DNA of 64,000 nucleotides from Spirochaetaceae bacterium UBA6243 (GCA_002441395.1 DJVZ01000045.1:26940-90939); one strand, 5' to 3'; shown: positions 21,973 to 30,937, counted from the first letter of the stretch. The notes: generated from the sequence alone by a model not told the origin. A program made the numbers and translations.

Positions 21973-23184
21973 TTACTTCCACGCGGGGAACGGATAGACC
22001 GGCTCTGCAGTAGCAGCTTCAAAAGGCCAAATGACTTCCTGGAACCCACCCTGCCACTGAAGAATCTTCTGCCTCGTGATACCTTGATGCTTGATGATGT
22101 TGGAAGGCTTGAAGGTGATGGTCTCTCCGAGCGGAGAAGCATATTTGGTCGCTTCAAGGGCTTTTATGAGCGGAGCGGTCTCGGTCGTTCCCGCCGCCTT
22201 GATGCCGTCGGCAAGAATGTACACTGCGGAATAGGAGAGCGGCGCAAAGTAGGTTGCGGGCTCTTCTTTGTATTTCGCGACATAATTCTTATAGAACTTG
22301 GCGCTCGCCGGATTGTTGTCATTCATCGCTGGCGACCACATGCCATAAAGCATGACATTGCGGGAAAGCTTGGAAGAACCAAAGCCAATGGGCCATCCTG
22401 GAGGGGCTCCAAGGTAAATACCGGGACTGAATTTCATGGCTTTCGACTGTTCGAGCAGAGGAAGAGCATCGGCATCGTAGCCAGCCCAGAGGAAAAGGTC
22501 CGGCTTGAAGGCTTTTGCAGCTTCGAGTACTGAGGTATAGTCGCCTCCGCCAAAGAGCGCGCTCTTGAATGAAGCGCCGTCGACGATGTAGCGGTTATCG
22601 CCCCCGAAGAGGATCTTCGTCGCGTCCCACGATGACTTGCCGAAAGCTCCTTCCTCATATGCCAGGAAAATCTTCCTTATTTTAATATTCGGATATTGCT
22701 TCTGGATCGCATCCCAGCCTTCAGCGTAGGAGGCGCCCTGGTTGTAGTCCCACGGATGGATATGGAAATAGAAATCTGACTCGGGGCTTGGGCCGAGCGC
22801 TTTCTCTACCGTTACGCTGCCCGCGGCACCAGTCGACATAACCACTTTGCCATATTTTTTGAAGGCGGGGATTTTTCCAAGCTCAGCACCAGAACCCATG
22901 CCGCCCATAAAGACATCGACTTTGTCCACAGTGGCCAGTTTTTCAACGGCTGCCGCCGCCTTATCTGCCTTGCCTTCATCGTCGACAACGATGAGATCAA
23001 GCTTTTTGCCAAGTATGCCACCTGCAGCATTGATTTCGTCCACCGCCATCTGCGCGGCGGCACTACCCTGCTTGCCCGTGATATCGGCAAGCGTCCATAT
23101 GCCGCCGATCTTGATGGTGCCCTGCGCATATGCACTGCCCGCAATAAGCGCGAACACTGCCAGTGCTAACATCATTCTTTTCAT
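21973..23184 (-). CDS. HAAT ABC transporter substrate-binding protein (LivK/J-like fold; ligand unknown)
   Basis: Signal peptide, IKIG and EINAAGGILGKKLDLIVVDD motifs; adjacent to livHMGF. Confidence 0.88.
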   Translation of the reverse strand: MKRMMLALAVFALIAGSAYAQGTIKIGGIWTLADITGKQGSAAAQMAVDEINAAGGILGKKLDLIVVDDEGKADKAAAAVEKLATVDKVDVFMGGMGSGAELGKIPAFKKYGKVVMSTGAAGSVTVEKALGPSPESDFYFHIHPWDYNQGASYAEGWDAIQKQYPNIKIRKIFLAYEEGAFGKSSWDATKILFGGDNRYIVDGASFKSALFGGGDYTSVLEAAKAFKPDLFLWAGYDADALPLLEQSKAMKFSPGIYLGAPPGWPIGFGSSKLSRNVMLYGMWSPAMNDNNPASAKFYKNYVAKYKEEPATYFAPLSYSAVYILADGIKAAGTTETAPLIKALEATKYASPLGETITFKPSNIIKHQGITRQKILQWQGGFQEVIWPFEAATAEPVYPFPAWK

Positions 23185-23263
23185 GAATGCCTCCTAGAAA
23201 CCGCCCCTTAAGGCTGCGGCTTTTTTATTATCCGGCCAAGACGAACCCGGCCGGTAGTAACCA

Positions 23264-24289
23264 TTAACTCTTTACGCTTTCCTGCCACGCACCCCACTGC
23301 ACTACGGTGCACGCCCACACAAAACCAAGTCCTGCCCCAACCATCACGATCCGGCTGCCCTCACGTATCTTGCCCGTCTCCAACCCCAGCTTTATCGAGA
23401 GAAGCTGATCGTTCTGCCCCAGGTGCCCATAGTTTTCAAGATAAGTCGATTGATCCTCCCTCAAGCCCAGTTCCTGAAGTGCTGCCAGATGCGCGCTCCG
23501 CTTGAAGTGCAGAATCGCAAGATAATCGATACCTTGCTCCACGAAACCGCTCTTCCGCATTGATTCGCGGATGACCGCGTAGAAATTCGGCATTGTGACC
23601 TCACCAAGCTTCTGCTTGAATGCCTGCTCATCGGGCACGATAAATGATGCATGCAGCGCGTCTTCGGGCTTGGGCGGCCATGCTTTCGAGCCGAACACCG
23701 GCACCACGCACATCTCCGAGAGAGAACCATCACCTTTGAACGCCGAGGAAAGCACGACATTTCGTCCAAGATTCTTTTTAAGCACGCATGCCGAGCCTGC
23801 CGAGCCAATGTCCATCATGAACCGTGTCGGTGGATATGAGGGATCAATTAAATCGTTGTTTCGATATCCTGAAACAAGAAGGACCGTATTCAGATCATCG
23901 CGGACCATCATGAGCGACTTGGCGACGTCGAGAGCGGCCATCATCGAACCGCACATCGCCTCCATATCGAAGCTCCATGCACGGGTTGCGCCGAGCTGAT
24001 TCGCTACATAAAGACCTGCGAGCCAACACGGATAATCCTTGTGCTGGGCTCCACACCAGATGAGAAGGTCGATGTCCTCTGCTTTTATGCCCGCATCATC
24101 GAGTGCGGCTTTTGCAGCCATCATCCCCATATAGCTTGTCGTTTCTTCCGGCCCCGCAATCGGCTTCCGCTTAATGCCAAACTTGAGCGCAATGACATCC
24201 TCCGGCACAGTCGTCGCTTTTGCCAAGTCTGCCGCAGTCATGTAATGTTTTGGAATGTAAAGCCCAATACCCGCAACTCCTACGTGCAT
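23264..24289 (-). CDS. KAS-III (FabH)-fold protein, non-canonical (Cys...GHLGQND)
   Basis: GIGLYIP, AMCGS, YLAILHFK, YGHLGQNDQ and GAGLGFVW motifs. Confidence 0.82.
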   Translation of the reverse strand: MHVGVAGIGLYIPKHYMTAADLAKATTVPEDVIALKFGIKRKPIAGPEETTSYMGMMAAKAALDDAGIKAEDIDLLIWCGAQHKDYPCWLAGLYVANQLGATRAWSFDMEAMCGSMMAALDVAKSLMMVRDDLNTVLLVSGYRNNDLIDPSYPPTRFMMDIGSAGSACVLKKNLGRNVVLSSAFKGDGSLSEMCVVPVFGSKAWPPKPEDALHASFIVPDEQAFKQKLGEVTMPNFYAVIRESMRKSGFVEQGIDYLAILHFKRSAHLAALQELGLREDQSTYLENYGHLGQNDQLLSIKLGLETGKIREGSRIVMVGAGLGFVWACTVVQWGAWQESVKS

Positions 24290-24317
24290 CGTCTACTCCC
24301 TTCATGCGCGTAATAGA

Positions 24318-24332
24318 TGAATCATCTCTCAC
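24318..24332. promoter_or_regulatory. Candidate TetR operator 1 (TGAATC-N4-CTCAC)
   Basis: Same core as 24544-24558; lies over the predicted start site of the leftward promoter. Confidence 0.6.
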
Positions 24333-24335
24333 ACT

Positions 24336-24364
24336 ATTGTTGAACGGTTTTTGTTATCCGTCAA
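24336..24364 (-). promoter_or_regulatory. Sigma70-type promoter, leftward operon
   Basis: TTGACG-N17-AACAAT. Confidence 0.5.
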
Positions 24365-24498
24365 GAGGAAAAATTCATTTTTTTGACACATAGCGTCGAT
24401 TGTAAAAATTTATTATCTATTATCTTGTTTTAATATATATAATTAAACAATTTTACTCAAACTGGTCCATTACTTGTACATTTCTTGAAAGTTTTCGC

Positions 24499-24527
24499 TT
24501 GCGCATATGAAAAAGCAAGGTTATACT
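24499..24527 (+). promoter_or_regulatory. Sigma70-type promoter, rightward operon
   Basis: TTGCGC-N17-TATACT. Confidence 0.6.
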
Positions 24528-24540
24528 AAGGATACGTAAG

Positions 24541-24560
24541 AAGTGAATCGCTTCTCACTT
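24541..24560. promoter_or_regulatory. Candidate TetR operator 2
   Basis: AAGTGA-ATCGCTTC-TCACTT inverted repeat just downstream of the -10 box. Confidence 0.65.
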
Positions 24561-24571
24561 TGAAGGCAACA

Positions 24572-25720
24572 ATGAACTCAGATACGCGGCAAGCGCTTAT
24601 AGACAGCGCGGTAACTCTTTTCTCCACCAAGTGGTATGGCACAGTATCAGTGGCTGAGATCTGCCGGTCTGCCGGCCTTTCCAATGGCGCATTCTATCGG
24701 CATTTCAAAAACAAAGAAGAAATCTTCTGTGCCATTTTGGATCATGTTGTGCAGCAGATTGAGAAAGCGCTCAAACCTTTGTCCAGCATGGAGCTATCAC
24801 AAAGACTGCCGAATTTCGTCTCTATTATTTATAACTTTTCCCAAGACTATACGCCACTCGTGCGCGTGTTCCGGGAAGGACAGTATCGGCTCTTTGAATA
24901 TGAGCGAAAGCTCAAAGATGTATACGAGCATGCCTTTCAGGTAGTCTTTGGAAGAACGCCCTCGATAACAGAATACCTCTTTGCGCTCGCCGGGCTGAGA
25001 TTCGCGAGCATCCGCGCGGCATTGCACCAAATTCCCGTGCAGACCGATGCGCTCGTGACAATTTTAAGCAAAGGTCTTTTTAAAACACAGCCTATCAATG
25101 CCGACAGGATATTTGCGACATCGATCACACCGCTCCCCATTGAACTTTGGCCGGACAGCAGGGACCTTTTGCTTGCCGAAGGCCGGAAATTGTTCGGTGA
25201 AAAAGGGTACTTCGAAACAAACATTCATGACGTAACCTCAAATGCAGGGCTGGCCATTGGTTCCTTTTACCGCTACTTCGAAAGCAAAGAATCCTTCTAT
25301 AAGGAGGTCATTCGCTCGGTAGGAAGGGATGTGCGCCATTTTATCAGCTTGAATCTTGGAAACGGCCTCAACCGGGTTGAACGTGAAATGCGCGGATTGT
25401 GGCTGTTCATTCTTTTTCTCTCGATGGACCGCTACTGCTACAATATAGTGCGCGAAGCGGAATTTGTGCTCCCGAATGAAGTGCGGGATTACTACGATGC
25501 CTTCCACAGAGGTTATCTCAAGCGGGAAGATGCTTCCCTCACCTGCGATTCGACGACGTGCATCGAATTCATGCTTGGGGTGGCCCACTATCTCGGCATT
25601 GAAGTCATTTTCGATAAATCTCCGGAAATTGCCCGTCAAACCATAGAAGAAATGGGGCAATTATATATACACGGGCTAGGAGAAATGCAACGACCGGATG
25701 AATCAGCATCAGTTCTGTAA
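24572..25720 (+). CDS. TetR/AcrR-family regulator with two tandem TetR units
   Basis: Two HTH regions, SVAEICRSAGLSNGAFYRHFKNKE and NIHDVTSNAGLAIGSFYRYFESKE; ATG 24572 (alternative TTG 24560). Confidence 0.9.
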   Translation: MNSDTRQALIDSAVTLFSTKWYGTVSVAEICRSAGLSNGAFYRHFKNKEEIFCAILDHVVQQIEKALKPLSSMELSQRLPNFVSIIYNFSQDYTPLVRVFREGQYRLFEYERKLKDVYEHAFQVVFGRTPSITEYLFALAGLRFASIRAALHQIPVQTDALVTILSKGLFKTQPINADRIFATSITPLPIELWPDSRDLLLAEGRKLFGEKGYFETNIHDVTSNAGLAIGSFYRYFESKESFYKEVIRSVGRDVRHFISLNLGNGLNRVEREMRGLWLFILFLSMDRYCYNIVREAEFVLPNEVRDYYDAFHRGYLKREDASLTCDSTTCIEFMLGVAHYLGIEVIFDKSPEIARQTIEEMGQLYIHGLGEMQRPDESASVL

Positions 25721-25732
25721 ATGGAGGAACAT

Positions 25733-26740
25733 ATGCCAAAGGCAGTGATTATCGGTACAGGTTTATACGCACCTGGCGAACCGATCGACAATGTGACACT
25801 AAAAAAATTGACCGGTGTCGAATTCAATGCGGAGCGCCAGGAAGCAAAGATTGGCATTAAGAAGAGACATATCGCACGTCTTTCCGGATTGCAGGAAAGC
25901 ACCGCGGACTTCGCAGAAAAAGCAGCCCGTCACGCCCTCGAGGCTGCCGGCGTCGACCCGAAGGAAGTCGGACTTTTCATTGTCGCAACGGACACCCCTG
26001 AATACATCTCTCCCGCAACATCGATCGTCCTGCAGGGACGCCTCCAGGGAGGCGAGACAGACGCGAAATCCTTTGATGTGGGCGCTTCCTGTGCAAGTTT
26101 TGTCGAAGCGCTCGATGCGGCGGCGCGACACATCATGACCGATTCCAGCCTGCGCTACGCAGTGGTCGTGGGGGTATACAACATGCCCGCCTACATCCGC
26201 GATGGCGACGCCTTTGGATGGTCCATCTTCGCCGACGGGGCCGGAGCCGTCGTGCTCGAGCGGCAGGAAGACAGCAGCTCGGGCTACATCGATGGCGCCT
26301 TTGTCACCGACGGGACCCAGTGGAATTTCGTCGGCGTCTATGCAGGCGGTACAAGGCTGCCCGTCACGCGCGAGCGTCTCGATGCAGGAGAATATGGCCT
26401 TCAGCTGCTGCAAAGACTACCGGGCGACAGGAATGTGAAGCTTTGGCCTCCTATCGTATTGCGTCTTCTTGAAAAAGCGGGGATGTCCCAATCGGCGGTG
26501 AACCATTATCTGTTCACCCAGATCAACAAATCAGTGATCGAGCAGGTAATGGAAGTTCTTGGAGAACCGCTTGAGAAAACTACCATGGTGATGGACCGCT
26601 ATGGCTATACAGGCTCAGGCTGCATCCCCATGGCCCTTCATGAAGCCATTCAGGCAGGACGCATAAAGAAAGGTGACCTCGTTGTGCTGGTCGCCTCTGG
26701 GGCTGGGCTCGCCGTCGGCGCCTCGCTTTTAAGGATTTGA
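25733..26740 (+). CDS. KAS-III (FabH)-fold protein, non-canonical (TQIN / GYT instead of HQAN / GNT)
   Basis: GTGLYAP, ASCASF, FADGAGA, FTQIN, YGYTGSGCIP and ASGAGL motifs; GGAGG SD. Confidence 0.85.
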   Translation: MPKAVIIGTGLYAPGEPIDNVTLKKLTGVEFNAERQEAKIGIKKRHIARLSGLQESTADFAEKAARHALEAAGVDPKEVGLFIVATDTPEYISPATSIVLQGRLQGGETDAKSFDVGASCASFVEALDAAARHIMTDSSLRYAVVVGVYNMPAYIRDGDAFGWSIFADGAGAVVLERQEDSSSGYIDGAFVTDGTQWNFVGVYAGGTRLPVTRERLDAGEYGLQLLQRLPGDRNVKLWPPIVLRLLEKAGMSQSAVNHYLFTQINKSVIEQVMEVLGEPLEKTTMVMDRYGYTGSGCIPMALHEAIQAGRIKKGDLVVLVASGAGLAVGASLLRI

Positions 26741-26784
26741 GTACGAAAGGATCAATGCAATTCATTATAAGATTAGGAGGCAAT

Positions 26785-28092
26785 ATGAATTTGCAGGATG
26801 AGTATAAGCGCAAACTTATTTCAATTCCTGATGCGGTTTCGAAAATCAAGAGCAACGACAATATCGTCGTGGCGATGTGCGCGTCCGAGCCACAAGGCTG
26901 CATGGATCAATTCCATACCGTGGCCGACGGTGTCGAGAATGTACGCGTGTTTTCCTGCCTTACGCTCAAGGCATATGATTTTTACATGATACCTGAGATG
27001 AAAGGACATTTTGAGCTTGCAAGCTGGTTCCATGCACCGGGATCGCGCGCCGCCCTGAAGAAGCATACAGGAACAGTCACCTATGTGCCCAACATGCTGC
27101 ACCGGTCCGCGACCGATTTTATTTTTGCGCGCAAGCCCCATATTTTCTTCGGTACCTGTACTCCGCCCGACAAGCATGGCTTTGTGTCGCTCTCTCTCGG
27201 AATCACCTATGAAAAAGACATTTTGGAAAACGCAGACCTTGTGATTCTGGAGGTAAATCCACTTTTGCCGCGGACCTTCGGCGACACACACCTGCATGTT
27301 TCTCACGTAGACTATTTTGTCGAGTACGAGCAGCTCGTCCCGGAACTTCCTTCGCCTCAGCCCAGCGAAACAGACCTCACTATCGGCAGATACATCGGGG
27401 AACTTGTCGAAGACGGCTCGACTATCCAGCTCGGCATTGGTGGCATTCCGAACGCCGCCGCCCTGGCCCTGCGGGACAAGAAGAATCTCGGCGTCCATAC
27501 TGAAATGGTCGTCGACTCGATGATGGAGCTCTACGAGATGGGGGTCGTCACCAATACGGCCAAGGCCTTCCACAAGGGCAAATTCGTCGCCACATTCGCC
27601 ATGGGTTCGCGCAAGCTGTATGACTGGCTCGACGACAATGTGGCGGTTGAATTCATGCGGGGCAAATGGGTGAACAATCCATCGGTCGTGTCCCAAAACT
27701 CGAAAATGGTCTCGGTCAACACCTGTTTGATGGCCGACCTCACCGGCCAAGTCGCGAGCGAAAGTCTGGGGCCTGTGCAGTATTCGGGCACCGGCGGCCA
27801 ATCCGACACCGCAGAGGGTGCGGTTGAAGGTTTCGATGGGAAAGGCAAGAGCATCATCGCATGCTACAGCACCGCAAAAAACGGCACCGTCTCCACCATT
27901 GTGCCAATGCTGACGGAGGGTACTGCCGTGACCTTGCATCGAAGCCTTGTAGACTATGTGGTGACCGAATTCGGCATTGCGAGCCTGCGCGGCAAAACCG
28001 TACGGGAACGGGCGCGCGAGCTTATTTCGGTTGCACATCCAAATTTCAGGGCGGAACTCACCGAAAAAGCAAAGACAATCGGGTATCTATGA
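26785..28092 (+). CDS. Acetyl-CoA hydrolase/transferase family protein (4-hydroxybutyrate CoA-transferase-like)
   Basis: TIQLGIGGIPNA, GVHTEM (catalytic Glu), DLTGQV.SES, SGTGGQ and VVTEFGIA.LRGK motifs; AGGAGG SD. Confidence 0.92.
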   Translation: MNLQDEYKRKLISIPDAVSKIKSNDNIVVAMCASEPQGCMDQFHTVADGVENVRVFSCLTLKAYDFYMIPEMKGHFELASWFHAPGSRAALKKHTGTVTYVPNMLHRSATDFIFARKPHIFFGTCTPPDKHGFVSLSLGITYEKDILENADLVILEVNPLLPRTFGDTHLHVSHVDYFVEYEQLVPELPSPQPSETDLTIGRYIGELVEDGSTIQLGIGGIPNAAALALRDKKNLGVHTEMVVDSMMELYEMGVVTNTAKAFHKGKFVATFAMGSRKLYDWLDDNVAVEFMRGKWVNNPSVVSQNSKMVSVNTCLMADLTGQVASESLGPVQYSGTGGQSDTAEGAVEGFDGKGKSIIACYSTAKNGTVSTIVPMLTEGTAVTLHRSLVDYVVTEFGIASLRGKTVRERARELISVAHPNFRAELTEKAKTIGYL

Positions 28093-28095
28093 TCG

Positions 28096-28125
28096 AAAGG
28101 AGCCGCGTTGAATGCGGCTCCTTTT
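28096..28125. terminator. Intrinsic terminator (possibly bidirectional)
   Basis: AAAGGAGCCGC/GCGGCTCCTTT stem. Confidence 0.8.
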
Positions 28126-28134
28126 GCGATTGGG

Positions 28135-28166
28135 CAGCGCCGGCCTTCGAAGCCGGCGCTGTTTTT
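28135..28166 (+). terminator. Second tandem terminator hairpin
   Basis: CAGCGCCGGC/GCCGGCGCTG stem followed by TTTTT. Confidence 0.7.
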
Positions 28167-29262
28167 ATTCTTCCTTTTGTATCCGAACATCCCCCGAGAC
28201 TGTGGAAATTCTCACAGGCACAAGGCCATTTCCAATCCGCACCCTTCGCCTTCCAACGGACAGGCCATCGTGTTCGATCTCCCCTGAAACAGTCGAGATG
28301 GAAAGCGAAGCACCCCAGCCGTCAGGATATACAAGCATAATGTCTCCAGAGGCGCTGGAAATCTCGATTGCGTTGCACATGTCGTCAGCCTGGATTGAAA
28401 TGTCGCCTGAAGCCGTCGATACCTTGAGATTCTCCTGACACTGGGCCAGCTTGATATCCCCGGAAGCGGTTTTTACTTCCACATCGCCCTCACATGTCTC
28501 AACAACTACATCGCCAGAGGCTGTCACAATCGACAGCGATCCGACACGGTCCACCACATGCACATCTCCAGAGGCCGTCGAAATATCAAGCTCATCCACC
28601 GATGCGGGAATACGCAGATTTATGCGATCAGGCTCCGATGAACCCACCAGAGTGGCAATTCTTAAAACGTCCTTGCCGGCGTGCTGCATCAGAAGCGTCG
28701 GTTCTTCTTCCTCCGGCGTATCGACTTCAAGCTCCCCATTCGAAAAGAGCACTCGTATATCCGCAGAACGCGCGCGGACCGAAACGTGGCGAAGATCGGA
28801 AAGCTCAGTTCCTTTGATTCCAAAGGAAAGGTTATATACATCTTTTAATGAGCCTTCTTTTTTTTCATCGCGATTTCGCTTGAAGATTTTTGCTATGTCG
28901 AATGCCTTTCGGATGGCCTCCTCCAAATCTTCGTCGTCTATCACAATGCGAACCGTCTTTTTTGCAGACGGCGAGGACGAATCTTCGGCTTGACCTTCCG
29001 GCTGGCCTGTTTGATCTGTATGGTGAGGCGCGCCTGATTCGCGCTCCCCGTAAGGGCCAAGCCCCGCCGCGTCCCTCAGGCTGTCCGCGAGAGACTCGGG
29101 AGGCTCGAGCTCATCGATGATCTGCTCGGCACTTTTTTCCGGGTGTTCCCGTGCAAGGCCGTCAAGATGGTCTTCAATTTCAAGAACAATATCGTTGAGA
29201 GAAGCCTCATCGAGCCCTTCAAGTCGCTGGGCCAGAATGTCGATGTATTCTTTTCGCGTCAT
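28165..29262 (-). CDS. DUF1700/HAAS-like N-terminus plus DUF4097 beta-repeat protein (LiaX-like)
   Basis: MTRKEYIDIL...EIEDHL N-terminus; repeated T(A/V)SGD(I/V) units. Confidence 0.8.
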   Translation of the reverse strand: MTRKEYIDILAQRLEGLDEASLNDIVLEIEDHLDGLAREHPEKSAEQIIDELEPPESLADSLRDAAGLGPYGERESGAPHHTDQTGQPEGQAEDSSSPSAKKTVRIVIDDEDLEEAIRKAFDIAKIFKRNRDEKKEGSLKDVYNLSFGIKGTELSDLRHVSVRARSADIRVLFSNGELEVDTPEEEEPTLLMQHAGKDVLRIATLVGSSEPDRINLRIPASVDELDISTASGDVHVVDRVGSLSIVTASGDVVVETCEGDVEVKTASGDIKLAQCQENLKVSTASGDISIQADDMCNAIEISSASGDIMLVYPDGWGASLSISTVSGEIEHDGLSVGRRRVRIGNGLVPVRISTVSGDVRIQKEE

Positions 29263-29615
29263 AACCCCTGTCCTCCGCTCATAAGATTCCGCTGCGCCGC
29301 GGCACTTTTTTCATATTCTTCCCGCATCCGCACAAGGAGCGCTCGCCCGATGTCTGAGATGACATAGTACTTCCGGGGATGCCCGACTTCAGGAGTTTCC
29401 CATTGCGCCTCGATGCTTTCGTCCTTTGTCATACGCATGAGAAGTGGATACAAAGTGCCTTCAGTGACATCGACGCCGGCATTGTTGAGCCGTTCCATGA
29501 TCGCCAGACCATAGCTTCTGCCGCTGTTCGATAGAAGCTCGAGCACGCAGAGCTCGAGAAACCCTTTCCTGAACTGGCTTTTCCATTTTTCATACAGTCC
29601 CTCAGCTGCGCCCAT
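29259..29615 (-). CDS. PadR-family transcriptional regulator
   Basis: SQFRKGFLELCVL, YG, EGTLYPLL.R and PRKYY motifs. Confidence 0.92.
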   Translation of the reverse strand: MGAAEGLYEKWKSQFRKGFLELCVLELLSNSGRSYGLAIMERLNNAGVDVTEGTLYPLLMRMTKDESIEAQWETPEVGHPRKYYVISDIGRALLVRMREEYEKSAAAQRNLMSGGQGL

Positions 29616-29742
29616 CGCACACTTCCTTTCTTCTCTCTAATCTTAGCATGCATTGTGGTGCAGCGCAGGCCCCGGTTCTCCGCGCCGCACAAATCGATTA
29701 TTGGAATTATCACATTCATTCTCCAATGCCTGCCCGATCACC

Positions 29743-29991
29743 TCAGAGCGGAGGCCTTTTATCAAAGGAAAGTCTTTTATACAGTTCAATTGCCTCTTCC
29801 CTCGCATACATGTCAGCACGATTCTCACGACCATACACATCCCTGGAGGTGGAAGTATCAATGTTCCGACGGGGAGCCCTGCCCTGTTTGCCTGCCATGC
29901 GGCCAGACAGTGTAAGCGCATCGCGCCGCGCATGCGCCAGATCCAGGACAGAGCGCCATACGCGCCTCGCATCCATATGGATGATTTCCAT
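29743..29991 (-). CDS. Small basic hypothetical protein (82 aa)
   Basis: AAGGAG SD 5-6 nt before the ATG and a TTGCAA-N17-TATATT promoter just upstream; no family recognised. Confidence 0.5.
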   Translation of the reverse strand: MEIIHMDARRVWRSVLDLAHARRDALTLSGRMAGKQGRAPRRNIDTSTSRDVYGRENRADMYAREEAIELYKRLSFDKRPPL

Positions 29992-30026
29992 GTCGTCTCC
30001 TTTTTTAAGAATATCTTGCTATACAT

Positions 30027-30055
30027 AATATATTGGATGGCATCTTATTTTGCAA
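30027..30055 (-). promoter_or_regulatory. Sigma70-type promoter upstream of the small ORF/padR
   Basis: TTGCAA-N17-TATATT. Confidence 0.55.
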
Positions 30056-30095
30056 GGAGTGAACCCACATTTTTTTAATTTCTTTTTCGCTTGGA

Positions 30096-30124
30096 TTGAC
30101 CGGCGAGCGCCAAAGGGACAGAAT
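30096..30124 (+). promoter_or_regulatory. Sigma70-type promoter abutting the tatD start
   Basis: TTGACC-N17-CAGAAT-N6-ATG. Confidence 0.55.
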
Positions 30125-30130
30125 TGCTGC

Positions 30131-30898
30131 ATGTATTGCGATGCACACATTCATCTGGTGGATCTGGATGGGCGCGAGCCGGGGTTTGCGCGAAAAGCCC
30201 TGCAGTTTTCGTGGCGTGGTGCCGTAGTATCGCACGACCCCGCCGAATTCTTGCAAAGCGAAGCACTTCGGGCGAAGATGCCTCCGACCATTGCAGGCTT
30301 CGGGATTCATCCTCAAAATCCGGATATGCAGAATGCCACTTTTCTCTCTTCTCTCTGCGATGAAAAGAAAATTCGGTTTATCGGCGAGACAGGTTTCGAT
30401 TTCTTTGGCGACGGGCCGCTTCGATCCAGAAATCCCGATGCCATGCGCCAACAGGCCGAGGCATTCTTATTTCAGGCCCGCCTCGCCGCCCGCGCCCAAT
30501 TGCCGCTCGTCGTCCACCTTCGAAAAGCGACAGATGTATTCATGGCGTACGGCCGGGAGCTCGACGGAGTCCCTTCAGTCATCTTCCATTGCTGGCCAGG
30601 CAGGCTCGAAGAGGCAAAGATGATACTCAAGAAAGGCATCAATGCGTATTTTTCTTTTGGCACGCCTCTGTTGCGCGACTCAAAGCATGCGATAGAATCT
30701 TTGCTTGGCCTTCCCGCGTCGCGGATTTTATCCGAAACCGATGCACCCTGGCAGCCGCCGCACGGTTCTGCATGGACCAGACTCGAGCACATCGTCGATA
30801 TCACCGATAAGATGGCCCATGTGCTGGAACTCGACTTAAAGGCGCTTGCACCACTCCTTGAGAAAAATTTCACGGCCGCATATCTTTTGGATAATTGA
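30131..30898 (+). CDS. TatD-family hydrolase/DNase
   Basis: DAHIH, FGIHP, IGETGFD, VVH, IFHC and SETDAP motifs. Confidence 0.9.
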   Translation: MYCDAHIHLVDLDGREPGFARKALQFSWRGAVVSHDPAEFLQSEALRAKMPPTIAGFGIHPQNPDMQNATFLSSLCDEKKIRFIGETGFDFFGDGPLRSRNPDAMRQQAEAFLFQARLAARAQLPLVVHLRKATDVFMAYGRELDGVPSVIFHCWPGRLEEAKMILKKGINAYFSFGTPLLRDSKHAIESLLGLPASRILSETDAPWQPPHGSAWTRLEHIVDITDKMAHVLELDLKALAPLLEKNFTAAYLLDN

Positions 30899-30937
30899 GC
30901 TTACAGTCGATTCCATGATGATGCCGGAGCATGCCGT

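Noticed and set aside
25699..25712. Third TetR operator before KAS-III-like B (TGAATCAGCATCAG)
   Set aside because: The spacing is one base shorter than the two good sites and it lies inside coding sequence. Too weak to call.
26821..28038. 405-aa antisense ORF
   Set aside because: Mirror frame of the CoA-transferase gene, with no motifs. This is a typical codon-bias shadow.
28165..28560. Repeated units in the DUF4097 gene as a CRISPR or tandem DNA repeat
   Set aside because: The repeats are at the protein level (TASGD) with degenerate DNA and no spacers.
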